Assembly: GCA_963822005.1 (NCBI GenBank)
Contig: CAWGGD010000015.1
Span: 479,555-543,554, forward strand
Length of the DNA stretch: 64,000 bases
Direction of reading: 5' to 3'
DNA from: an uncultured Verrucomicrobiae bacterium
GTDB taxonomy: Bacteria > Verrucomicrobiota > Verrucomicrobiia > Limisphaerales > UBA8199
Part shown: piece by piece, positions 21,631 through 31,232 of the stretch
How positions within the stretch are numbered: the first letter of the stretch is position 1
Layout: each line of letters opens with the position of its first letter
Program-made: the position numbers and the translations under genes
Notes under the pieces: generated by a model
Databases searched by the model: none
Told to the model about the DNA's origin: nothing
What the model saw: only the letters and a program-made list of their open reading frames with translations

Positions 21631-21647
21631 TCTCCGGTTTTTCGCGT

Positions 21648-22670
21648 TCACAGCTTCTTTATGAGGTTGATGCTGAAGGAGGCGCCCTGGACGCGCTCTT
21701 CGGCGGCGTATTCGTACATCCCGCGGAAGTTCAGGATCAGGTTCCACGGCACGTAGGTCAGGCCTATCTGCCCGCCGATGGCGCTGACCGAGGTGCGCGA
21801 ACTGGGATTGCTGGTGCCCCCGGTGTCACTGGAGATCTGCCACTCGTAGTAGCCGGCCGGGCCGATTTCCAGGAGGAGTTTGTCGTCCTTCGTCAGGGGC
21901 AGGTACTGGCTGATACCCCAGTTGAGCCACAGATTCTGCCCGTACTTGACGTCAGTCCCCTGCTGCGGGCTGTTGTATTCGTAAGTCAGCACCAGGGTGA
22001 CGGCGGTGGCCCGGTTGGTCCAGGGGTACCAGGCGGCTCCTCCCTGAAACTGCTGCGTCCAGAAACCCAAACCGATGTTGTCCGACGCCGGCACGGTCGC
22101 TGCTGCCCGACCGTGTCGGTGCTGTATTTGCCGACCGGGGCGTAGAAACCGTAGCCGGCGGAGACATCCCAGTGCGGGAGCGTCCAGCCCAGCCACAACG
22201 GCTGCACAAACATGTCCCCCGGGGCGAAGGTCGCTTCGGACGCCGTGCCGCCGCGGTCCCGCACGGTGGAGGCGACGGCGTTGAGGCTGGCATTGGCGAA
22301 GGTGGGCGCCACATACGCGCCATATTTCGCGCCCAGGACCTTCCAGGGTGATACCCAGATCAAAGCGGGGACGAGCACATACATGTCGAGGTTCACGCTG
22401 ACCGGCGACGCCCGAACCGCCCGGAAGGGTGGTGGAATTGACCTGGTTGCCGTTCTGATCGTTATAGCGGTCCGAGGTGTAGAAGTAATTGTAGAGCGCG
22501 GCATAGAAGCCCGGGTCCGGCACGAAGTAATCCCGGATGTCCATCATGCCGCCGACGTAGTGGCCGGCATCGCCGGCGCGGGCGGGGCCGCTCGCACCGA
22601 GCAGCGCCGCGGCCAGGATCACTTGTAAGAGGTGTTTGAGGGAGGTTCTGCTCATCATTGTCGTACTCAT
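21648..22670 (-). CDS. Outer-membrane beta-barrel protein, paralog of 2818-3732, with at least 2 frameshifts.
   Basis: The N- and C-terminal parts are in the ORF 21648-22670 frame. The middle part (VNLDMYVLVPALIWVSPWKVLGAKYGAYVAPTF...) is in ORF 21986-22504. Confidence 0.5.
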   Translation of the reverse strand: MSTTMMSRTSLKHLLQVILAAALLGASGPARAGDAGHYVGGMMDIRDYFVPDPGFYAALYNYFYTSDRYNDQNGNQVNSTTLPGGSGVAGQREPRHVCARPRFDLGITLEGPGREIWRVCGAHLRQCQPQRRRLHRAGPRRHGVRSDLRPGGHVCAAVVAGLDAPALGCLRRLRFLRPGRQIQHRHGRAAATVPASDNIGLGFWTQQFQGGAAWYPWTNRATAVTLVLTYEYNSPQQGTDVKYGQNLWLNWGISQYLPLTKDDKLLLEIGPAGYYEWQISSDTGGTSNPSSRTSVSAIGGQIGLTYVPWNLILNFRGMYEYAAEERVQGASFSINLIKKL

Positions 22671-22748
22671 TTCAGTTTGCGGGTTGTTTGAGTCGCTGGC
22701 TGGTGCCTGGATGCGAGCGGCTGGCGAGCCTGGTCAGGTCAACGGGCA

Positions 22749-23354
22749 CTAGGGTTTCTCAACCGTAACGGCTATCGCCTCCGTACAGCGGATCACGACC
22801 TCCTCGCCGACCTGCCGCTGGGTCAAGTCCACATCTTTGCGGACCTCAACCGTCTTGGTGGTGCCATCCGGGAACCGGAGCGTGGCCTTGTGGTGTTTGA
22901 GGTCAATCGCCGTAACCTTGGCGATGACCTGCACGGTGTTGGCCATCAAGCCGCCCGGCTTGGCGCCCTTGGGCGCCAGTGCCACCAACGCCGCCTCACC
23001 GTCGCTCGCCGGCGGGTTGTCCTTGGCCATATATACCACCAGTTGCTGCGCCAGCGTGGCTTTCACCTGGTCGCCGACCCGGATCTGGTCAAAGTTGACG
23101 ACCTCCGGCCCGGCTTTGAAGGTTTCCTTGCGGCCGTCCGGCGTGACCAGCGTCACTTTGCGGTTGGCGGTATCAATCGCCGTGACGGTGGCGGTGTTCT
23201 TGTAGGTCTCGACAATGATCCCGCCCGGCACGCCTTGCTGGTACACGGCCGTCGTGGTCGGTTCGATCTTCGGTGTGGAGGAGCAGGAGGTCAGGGCGAG
23301 CAGGGCTGCCGGCAGCAGCGCTGCGCTCGTCCATTGGAGTGTGTTTCTCTTCAT
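22749..23354 (-). CDS. Hypothetical lipoprotein (signal LLALTSC).
   Basis: A lipobox is present. The gene lies 3 bp downstream of the paralogous small gene at 23358-23999. Confidence 0.55.
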   Translation of the reverse strand: MKRNTLQWTSAALLPAALLALTSCSSTPKIEPTTTAVYQQGVPGGIIVETYKNTATVTAIDTANRKVTLVTPDGRKETFKAGPEVVNFDQIRVGDQVKATLAQQLVVYMAKDNPPASDGEAALVALAPKGAKPGGLMANTVQVIAKVTAIDLKHHKATLRFPDGTTKTVEVRKDVDLTQRQVGEEVVIRCTEAIAVTVEKP

Positions 23355-23357
23355 GGT

Positions 23358-23999
23358 CTATGCTTGCCTTTCTATGGGTGTGTTTGTTGTTCGCTTCACT
23401 TTCATTGTTTGGGACAGCCTCGACCGACGGCTCACGGGCCGCTGCCTCGAGCAGCCCGCGCGGCGCATGGCCGAAACTGCCCTTTTTCGCCCGCTGGTTT
23501 CTCGCTCCTGACGTCCCGGCAGGAGGGCCGGTGGTGCCGGTGGGTTCGCCTCCCGCTTCAAGTCCCGCACGGGAATCCGTTTCCCCGCGGGCCGGCGGCT
23601 CAACTGGGCGGCATCTTCCTCCGTGCTCGAAAGCCAGAGCAGGGCCGCCTCGAAATCGCCGAAGGCCCGGACGCTCCAGCCGCGCACGGTGCTGAGAAAC
23701 GCAAAGAGCCGGGCCCGATGGTGCGGGTCGGAATGGTAAAGAATCGCCAGACGCTGCTGATGGGTGAAACCGATTTCGCGGAACGTGTTCACCAGCGCAA
23801 TCAAGTCCGCCGGACTGAACACCGGCTTGGGGCCCGGCTGCAAAGCCCGCAGATCCATCAGGGCCTGGTTGAGGCCTCGTTTCCGGCACGCGCCGACCAG
23901 TTCCGCCAGCGCGGCTTTGCTGGCTGCCAGGTCGAAATGACCTTGCGCCCCCAGCCGAATGAATTCACTGGCGCGGATGATTTGAAGTTCCAGGGGCAT
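23358..23999 (-). CDS. Small hypothetical protein, possibly with a STAS-like fold. It is a paralog of 16758-17181.
   Basis: MPLELQIIRASEFIRLGAQGHFDL...PKPVFSPADL...RLAILYHSDPHHRARLFAFLSTVRGWSVRAFGDFEAALLWL. Confidence 0.5.
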   Translation of the reverse strand: MPLELQIIRASEFIRLGAQGHFDLAASKAALAELVGACRKRGLNQALMDLRALQPGPKPVFSPADLIALVNTFREIGFTHQQRLAILYHSDPHHRARLFAFLSTVRGWSVRAFGDFEAALLWLSSTEEDAAQLSRRPAGKRIPVRDLKREANPPAPPALLPGRQERETSGRKRAVSAMRRAGCSRQRPVSRRSRLSQTMKVKRTTNTPIERQA

Positions 24000-24042
24000 G
24001 GGGTCAGGCAGGGGCTTGGTCACCGCATGGATCGCTTTGGGG

Positions 24043-24738
24043 TCATTGCTTGCGGTAGCCGCTGTTCTGCACCGTAACTTGGATGTTCTTGGCCTTCGCA
24101 TCGAGCGTGACGTTCGAAGCGTAGGTGGTGCCGTCGTTCAACTGGCCCATCCGCACGTCCAGCGTAACGGCATCTTTCGTGTCATCCAGGTAGGTGCCAA
24201 CCTTCACCCCCAGCGGGCGATTGTTCGCCAGGTCCACTTCCACGCCGAGGTTGTCGCCGGGCTTTTCGTAATCCCGGAAGTGGAGGCGCGCCCGTTTGCC
24301 GGGTTCGAGCACATCAATGGAAACCTTGCCGGCATCCTTGGCCGCCTGGATCTTCGCCGGGCTGGGGGGCACATAAGTCTTCACCAGACTCACGGCGCTC
24401 TTCATGTAGTCGGTCAGTTCCTCCTTCTTCTTCTCGACGATCCTGCCCCGCAAGCCACGCTTCTTCTCCTCCGGTGGCGGCGTGGTGAGCGGGATTTTTT
24501 GGACTTTGCCATCCGCGCCGTAGTAGCAGCGATTCATTTGGCGTGACTTCTCCTCGCCCTTGAGGCTGACGACGGTGGTTTCGACCCATTCATACTGCTT
24601 CAGAACCGCCTGGCTGGCCGTGAGGGAGGCTTTGAGGGCCACGACCCGTTCCTGGGCGGTGGGTTGCTGAGCGAGGGCCAGGCTGCCCGAGGCTAACAAC
24701 AGGGCGGCTTGAGCTAAGGTCTTAAGCGGTGCTTTCAT
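24043..24738 (-). CDS. Secreted hypothetical protein (signal MKAPLKTLAQAALLLASGSLALAQQ).
   Basis: Signal peptide and ORF continuity. Confidence 0.5.
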   Translation of the reverse strand: MKAPLKTLAQAALLLASGSLALAQQPTAQERVVALKASLTASQAVLKQYEWVETTVVSLKGEEKSRQMNRCYYGADGKVQKIPLTTPPPEEKKRGLRGRIVEKKKEELTDYMKSAVSLVKTYVPPSPAKIQAAKDAGKVSIDVLEPGKRARLHFRDYEKPGDNLGVEVDLANNRPLGVKVGTYLDDTKDAVTLDVRMGQLNDGTTYASNVTLDAKAKNIQVTVQNSGYRKQ

Positions 24739-24882
24739 GGTTCTGTTTGCGTTTATTGGTCTGATTTCTGTTTGCGTTCTGATGACGTCAGGGGGCTGAT
24801 TTGGGCCGTTTGTTCGCGTTATCGCCGTCGTCGGCACATAGTGCGTGGTTCTTTGTTTCCTCAGCTTCTCGCGACCGTGAAC

Positions 24883-25451
24883 TCACCACCCAACACCTCG
24901 CGGCCCCCCGACTCCGGGGCCGCCAACCCCACCGGCGCCCACGCCCCGGCGCGCGGCAACCCAGTCGATGAACAACGCCGTCGCACCGCCGCTCACAGGC
25001 ATCGCGCCCTCGATGACCTTGTAGGTGTAAAGAAGATCGGCACCGTCCACAACGGGGTTGCTGATCTTCATCACGACCATCACCTGCTCCTTCCGGCTCG
25101 GTTCGTACACGGAAAGCGTGGCGTTGGGCGGATCCTCGCTGAAGTTGTCCTTCCCCTGACGTCCAGGTGTCCGTGAGATAGTCGGTCATCGTATAGTGGC
25201 CGGCCATGCGCACGGGACGATCGGAGAAGTACAGCGTCTGCTGATTCACTTTGACCAGTCGGAGCGTCTTCTTGGCGGGATCGACGGCAACGTCTTCCGC
25301 GCTCTGGACGAACATGAGCTGCGCTTTGAGCACGAGCTGCCGATGTTTTCGTTGTCGTCGAACATCCCGTCATTGACACCATCAGTCCTGCCAGGAGAGA
25401 CAACTGGCCGGCGTGGATCACGCGCTTGTGGGATTCAGTGAGATTCTTCAT
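24883..25451 (-). CDS. Hypothetical lipoprotein (MKNLTESHKRVIHAGQLSLLAGLMVSMTGC) spread over 3 frames, with 2 apparent frameshifts.
   Basis: Protein-like segments lie in ORFs 25080-25451, 24788-25333 and 24883-25110 and read contiguously. Confidence 0.4.
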
Positions 25452-25479
25452 GGTTTGCTCGATTTCCGAGCTGTCCCTT

Positions 25480-25953
25480 TTATTGCGGCTGTGCCGTCAC
25501 ATAGACCAGGTTGTTTCCCTGAAACACCGCGCGATAGAAGTTGCCGCCGCCGTAATAGTACTCCACTCCGCCGACCGGTGTGGAGACGCAACCCGGGGGG
25601 AGGGCGGACACGACGGTGCCCACCGGGAGCGGTTTCCCGGCCGCGACAGGCGCTGCGGCAGGCGGCGCTGCGGCAGGTGCGGGGGCAGGTTGCTCCTTGG
25701 CGGCGGCAGCCTGCTGCTGGGCAGCAGCGGTCTGCTGCTGAGCCGCGGCCGTCTGCTGTTGGGCGGCCATCGTCTGCTGTTGAGCCGCAGCGGCCTGCTG
25801 TTGGGACTGGGCCATTTTGGCCGAATCCGCAGCGGAGACTTCTGCTGCCACCACGACGGCGGTGCGGCGGCGAACGCCGAAGACGGCGTTTGCTTCGGGT
25901 GCCAGCAAGGTAATGGCGCTGGATACTACTGCAATCTTGAGTATCGTTTTCAT
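25480..25953 (-). CDS. Secreted protein with a Gln/Ala-rich repeat (QQQTAAA)n and a Tyr/Gly-rich C-terminal domain.
   Basis: Signal MKTILKIAVVSSAITLLAPEANA. The repeat is encoded by an 18-bp tandem array. Confidence 0.55.
   Translation of the reverse strand: MKTILKIAVVSSAITLLAPEANAVFGVRRRTAVVVAAEVSAADSAKMAQSQQQAAAAQQQTMAAQQQTAAAQQQTAAAQQQAAAAKEQPAPAPAAAPPAAAPVAAGKPLPVGTVVSALPPGCVSTPVGGVEYYYGGGNFYRAVFQGNNLVYVTAQPQ
25708..25808. repeat. 18-bp tandem repeat (about 5.5 copies of CTGCTGTTGAGCCGCGGC-like) inside the CDS.
   Basis: Visible directly in the sequence. Confidence 0.8.
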
Positions 25954-25972
25954 ATGCTTTCTCTGGTTGGTG

Positions 25973-26579
25973 TTAGCGGTTGGTAATGGTGGTTGTGTAC
26001 AGTGGCATGAACGTGATCGGCTTGCACCCCTGGGGCGGCACGAAGGTAAACCGGGCATCGGGAACGGCTGGCGCCAGGTTCCAGTAACTCATGACCGTTA
26101 CATGAGCAGCCCGCGCTTCCGGTGTTTGTAACGATGTACTTCATCGGCAGCGGCTTTCCGCTGTCTGCAACCCATACCTGAAAGTCCACACCCGGGCGGC
26201 TGAAGGTCAAATGATCGCATTTAACCCCGTTGATGAATGCCTTGCGGACCACCGCCGCGTAGGTCACGTCCTTCATGAGCAGCGGGAAGGCGTTGCTGTA
26301 AACCAGGTCGGAAATCGGGATGATGAGCCCGAGCGAATCGCGCACATAATGAAGCGTTCCATCGATCGTCGCGGGTGCAGGAACCGTCGCATAGACCTTG
26401 TCGGACGGGTTGCACAGCGTCGTTGTCTTGCCGTCGTAGTAGAAGTTCTGGTTGATCAGATCGCCCCTGCGCTCGGCCAGGAGCTTGTTCGGCCGGCTAA
26501 CGATTGCGCGCGCCGAGACGTCGAAATCGACCCTGTGCACCGAATAGTCCAAGTCCTCGAGGGTGCCCTGCGTATTCAC
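25973..26579 (-). CDS. DUF2092-like (LolA-fold) protein with no signal peptide in the ORF. A frameshift near 26100 means the true C-terminus (YWNLAPAVPDARFTFVPPQG...) is in another frame.
   Basis: The KPLPMKYIVTNT motif is present, and the alternative frame gives a DUF2092-like C-terminus. Confidence 0.45.
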
Positions 26580-26625
26580 GCTGAACTGCTTCAGACGCCA
26601 TGTAATTAGTTAACCTGTCAGGATA

Positions 26626-27033
26626 CTAGGGCCCGGTGTAATGGATCGCCACCCCGACGATCACCCGGCCCGTAATGGTGCCCACCTGGCGCCCCCACAA
26701 GGGGCCGCTGACCACCGTCCCCATGATCTGCGTCCGGTCCGCCACGATCACCACCGCGTCGGCCCCCATCTTGGCCGCCGCCTTCTGGAGCGCCTGCTCA
26801 ATCTCCTGTTTGGGCACGCTGTCGCTGGAGGGCTCGGCCGTTACCTGGCCCAACTGCACATGCGGCCGTGTCGGTGCCGTGCGCAGGATCTGAACCTGCA
26901 ACGGGTCGGTGGGGGGGAAGTTGGGTCCGCCCAGATATTGACGCGAACTGATGGACACGCTTTGGCAGCCGGTCACCGCCATCAGGCCGATAAGAGCCCC
27001 GAGGGAGATACGGTATTGGCTTCTTCTTTTCAT
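26626..27033 (-). CDS. Small lipoprotein, paralog of 2370-2777.
   Basis: Lipobox VTGC. The same conserved core and the IHYTGP C-terminus are present. Confidence 0.7.
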   Translation of the reverse strand: MKRRSQYRISLGALIGLMAVTGCQSVSISSRQYLGGPNFPPTDPLQVQILRTAPTRPHVQLGQVTAEPSSDSVPKQEIEQALQKAAAKMGADAVVIVADRTQIMGTVVSGPLWGRQVGTITGRVIVGVAIHYTGP

Positions 27034-27341
27034 GTTCGATGGTTGTTCTGTGCCTTTCAGGCCTGATGATGTGGCGCACAGGAACTATTTGCTGAGCGTC
27101 CGACCACCAGATGACTGTTACCTTATACTCATTTCCCGAAAAGTAAAGTCACCGCATTGTTTTTCTCAATAATCGCAGAAAGGGATTGGCGTTGTCATTG
27201 GGCCCGCATCCAGCCAATCCTGCAGCAGCCGGATCCCGTCATCGGTGACATCAATCCCCACTTCAACGCGACCTTTCCCCGTACCGACTTCCGAACCGGT
27301 GGATTTCTCCCAGGTCTGAGGCCGTCAACTGGCCATCAATC

Positions 27342-29512
27342 GTGATGAGAGTGTGCGATTTCTCTTGTTGGGTTGTGATTCGAATCACTCGTGGAGACTC
27401 TCTTGCTAGTCCCGTGCCAGCAAGTCACACCGATGAACGATGGCTGCCTAAGTGCTTGATTTTGAATCAGATACAACAACCTACCACCTCAGCCTGGTTC
27501 GGGATGCAAGCATGCAAGGTTGACTGGCCGTCCTTCCTGGGTTATTTAGTCAACTGGTTCGCTACCTCAACCCTTGCATGTTATGGTGTATTGACGCGAC
27601 AAAACGGTAGCCCAAGCTCACGGAGGCGCAGGATAAGCTCTGGAAACTGGCCTCTAATCCCTGCATCGTGTTGGGCGAAACTCGAGTCACCGACAGCTGG
27701 CATTGCCCTAACCTGCCTGGGAGACGGATGTCCCGAGGCCAAGCTGGGAATGGAGCCCGGCACTTTCCCTAAGACGATCCAAGCTGCCATCGCCATGATG
27801 CATCCGGAGGACACTCCAGTGTATCGCGAGACCGTAGAACGCTGCCTGGCCACCGGCGAGGCTTTTGACGCGACCTATCGGCTGGCGGACGGCCGCGGCG
27901 GATGGCGATGGATCGAAGGCCGCGCGGTGCCGGTGGAGAACCGGAGCCCCAAGCCGGCCCGATGGGTGCCATCACGCGGTTTGACCGCAACGCGTAGTAA
28001 AGGTAGCGCTGGCCGATCGTTGCAGGAACTGGAGGCTTCCCGGTCGGAGTTGAGGTCCGAGAAAGATAGACTGTGGAGGCTGGCCGCAAACGCCTTCTCT
28101 GTGTTGGGAGAGGCTCGGATCACTGAAAGCGGCATGAACTTCGAGTTTTTCGGGGACGAACCTCCCGAAGCGAAGGTCGGCCTGTTGCCGGGCAGCTTCG
28201 GCGGCAGTCATGAGAAGCTGCTGGCCTTAATCCACCCGGAGGACATCGAGCCTTACCTGCAAAGAGTGGAACATTCCGTGGCCACGGGTAAGCCGTTCAG
28301 AGCGGTTTATCGTCTGTCCGACGGCCGCGGGGGCTGGCGCTGGCTCCAGGCCCGAGCCATCTCCGTTGAAAAGCGCGGCGGCAAGCACGTTCGCTGGTTG
28401 CATGACACCATTGATGTCACGGAGCAAAAAGAGCTGGAGGAGAGTCTGCGCAAGTCCGTGGAAGAACTGCGGCAGTTGAAGACCAAATTGCAGGCCGAGA
28501 ACCTCTTCCTGAGGCAGGAGGCTGGATTGGAGACGGCAGACGCCGATATCATTGGTAGCAGCTCCGCCCTGGGCCACGTCCTGGAGCAGGTGGACTTGGT
28601 CGCCGGGACCTCTTCGACGGTGGTGATCAGCGGCGAAACGGGCACCGGCAAGGAGATGGTGGCCCGTGCGATCCACCAACGCAGTGGCCGCAAGAAGGGC
28701 CTGTTTGTGGCTGTGAATTGCGCCGCCCTGCCGGAGACACTGGTGGAAAGCGAACTGTTTGGGCATGAGAAAGGGGCTTTCACGGGAGCAGTAGCCCGCC
28801 GCACCGGCAGGTTCGAGCAGGCTGATGGAGGCACGCTATTTCAGGATGAGGTGGGTGAGCTGTCATTGGAAACCCAGGCCAAAATGCTTCGGGTGCTGCA
28901 GTCCGGCGAGTTCGAGCGCGTGGGCGGCGGGCGGCCGCTGAAAACCGACGTGCGGGTCATTGCGGCCAGCAACCGCGATTTGGAACAGGCCGTGCGCGAG
29001 GGCCGGTTTAGGAGCGATCTTTACCATCGTCTGGCCGTCTTTCCCATACACCTGCCTCCCCTGCGCGAACGGCGCGAGGACATTCCCCTGCTCGCCGCCT
29101 ACCTGGTGACGCGCAAGGCGCAGCGGCTGGGTCGGAAGATCGAAAAGATACCGAACGCGGTCCTTGACCGGCTGGCGAGTTATGATTGGCCCGGCAACGT
29201 GCGCGAGCTGGAGAATGTGCTGGAGCGCGCGATCATTCTCTCCCCCGGTACGTCACTGCGGCTGGAGGCCATCCAGTTGGGCTCCGCTGCCCGCGCGGCC
29301 CCGGGCGCCCGCATTCACCGGGCGCCACCGCTCACGCCGCTAAGGACGACACACTGCAGGTGCACGAACGGGCACACATCCTGCGCATCTGCCAGGCGAC
29401 CGCCTGGAAAATCAAGGGCGCGGACGGCGCGGCCAAAGCCCTGGGGCTCAATCCCGCCACGCTCTACTCCCGCATGAAGAAGCTCGGCATCCAGCGCCCG
29501 GCGATCCGTTGA
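27342..29512 (+). CDS. Sigma-54-dependent activator with two tandem PAS domains, an AAA+ domain and a Fis-type HTH. The start is uncertain, and there is a frameshift near 29300-29340 before the HTH.
   Basis: Two repeats of ...HPED..Y...VE....TG.PF...YRL.DGRGGWRW... are present, together with GETGTGKE and GAFTGA. The C-terminal HTH (ILRICQATAWKIKGADGAAKALGLNPATLYSRMKKLGI) lies in ORF 29186-29512. Confidence 0.75.
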
Positions 29513-29931
29513 TACCCTCCTGGCTGGGTGCCACGCCGTGGCCCTGCGCCCGGCAAAAGCGTTGCTGCCCGGCACGCGCTGCTCTACCCTCGCCTCATGC
29601 GCAGGAAGAACGCTCCGTATCCGCCTCACGCCTCCAGCCACGCAGCCCGGCTCAAGGAAACTCCACGCCGGCCACGTAGCTTTCTCCCGCTTAACTGAAA
29701 GGTCGCCCGGTCAGCATGCCGCTCGATGGATTCGAGCACGCGGCACGCCTCGGCGAGCGTCTCGCGGATAGTAGTCCTCACGCAGAAACCACCAGCAACT
29801 GGCTCGGTATTCGTCCACCAGCGCGTTCACTCCGCAGGCTCCATGGTGCTGCTGCCGTCCCCGGTTCCCCCCTTCCACCCGGGCCGGCAGCGTGGCCCGC
29901 TCGTCACCCCCGCGACGCGCTCCTTCGCCGC

Positions 29932-30213
29932 TCAGGCAACTTCGCGAACCATGTCGTGGCCGCCGAACGGGTTGGGCACCCGGACGGCGCATTCCGGATC
30001 TTCACACCACTGCCCGTCCACAATGAAGAGGTAGCTGTGTTTGCCCGGCGGCAGCTTCAGGCTGGTCGCCCACGCCCCATCGGCGCCCTTCTCCATCACC
30101 AGCGCGCCCTGTTGCCACTCCGTGAAATCCCCCACGAGCATCACGCTGGTGGCGTCCGGCGCCGCGTAGCGGAAGGTCTGTGTTTTCGGCTTCTTTGATC
30201 GTCTTCTGCTCAT
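29932..30213 (-). CDS. Stand-alone CBM48 / AMPK-beta glycogen-binding-domain-like protein.
   Basis: FRYAAPDATSVMLVGDFTEWQ...GAWATSLKLPPGKHSYLFIVDGQW matches the CBM48 fold signature. Confidence 0.6.
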   Translation of the reverse strand: MSRRRSKKPKTQTFRYAAPDATSVMLVGDFTEWQQGALVMEKGADGAWATSLKLPPGKHSYLFIVDGQWCEDPECAVRVPNPFGGHDMVREVA

Positions 30214-30631
30214 TGGTCACTGTCCTTTCGTCCATTCGGCAGTTGCGCCCTCGGCCAGCATGGCCGACCGAAGACACCCACCGCTCTGTGTTATCCGGCA
30301 CCGGGCCAGCACACCGCGAAGGAAGTCTCCATTTACTTGTGACTAGTGCAGTGTCGCCGAGGGCCGGGGCCGCGTCAAACCCGAAATCCACTGTCGGACA
30401 CGCGCCTTATAAACGCCCTGGCAAATTATAAGTGCAACCGAGCCGCAGGTGGTGTTTGCTTCAGGCAACCAGATGAAAACCAAACCCAATGCCCGACCAC
30501 AGCCCGCACCCGCGGCCGGCCTTCAACACTTCAAGTTGACGGCCAATGGCGCGCCTGTTCCCACCAAGGTTTCGTGCTTGCCTGACGGATGGACTGGTTC
30601 TTTAATGTCGGCAACAACTTAGCGAGGACCT

Positions 30632-31192
30632 ATGGATTTTCTTGTCTATGCCGTTTGTTTCGGCGTTGGCCTTCTGTTCGCCATCGTCAGCGCGTTCCTC
30701 GGACACCTCTTCGGCGGACACGACGCGCACGTGGACGTAGGAACTGGAGGACATGCCGAAGCCGGGTTTCAGGACACCGGCATGCCGGGCCTGTCGCCGT
30801 TCAGCCCCACCACCATCACGGCCTTTCTCACCGCGTTTGGCGGCCTGGGGTTGGTTTTCTCGAAGATTGAAGCGACGCGGAGCCCCTGGCTCAGCGCGCC
30901 CCTGGCGATCCTGGGCGCGTTGATCATCGCGGCCGGAGTGGTCTGGCTTTTCGGGACGGTCTTTCACAAGGTGGATAGCTCGAGCGAGTCGCGCGTCGCC
31001 ACGCTGGTGGGGATGACGGCGACGGTCATCACGCCCATTCCGGCCAATGGCGTCGGGGAGATCGCCTACGTGCAGGCGGGCTCGCGCTACAGCGCCCCGG
31101 CGCGCGATGAGCGCGGAGCGCCGGTCGCCAATGGCCAAACCGTCAAGATCGTCCGCATCGTCGGCTCGCAGTTTTACGTGGCGCCCATTTGA
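30632..31192 (+). CDS. NfeD-like membrane protein (short form, C-terminal OB fold).
   Basis: Transmembrane helices plus a C-terminal beta domain. It sits immediately upstream of the flotillin gene, which is the canonical operon arrangement. Confidence 0.75.
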   Translation: MDFLVYAVCFGVGLLFAIVSAFLGHLFGGHDAHVDVGTGGHAEAGFQDTGMPGLSPFSPTTITAFLTAFGGLGLVFSKIEATRSPWLSAPLAILGALIIAAGVVWLFGTVFHKVDSSSESRVATLVGMTATVITPIPANGVGEIAYVQAGSRYSAPARDERGAPVANGQTVKIVRIVGSQFYVAPI

Positions 31193-31232
31193 TTTTACCG
31201 AAACGCATTAACCCTTAAACACCATCCAATCT

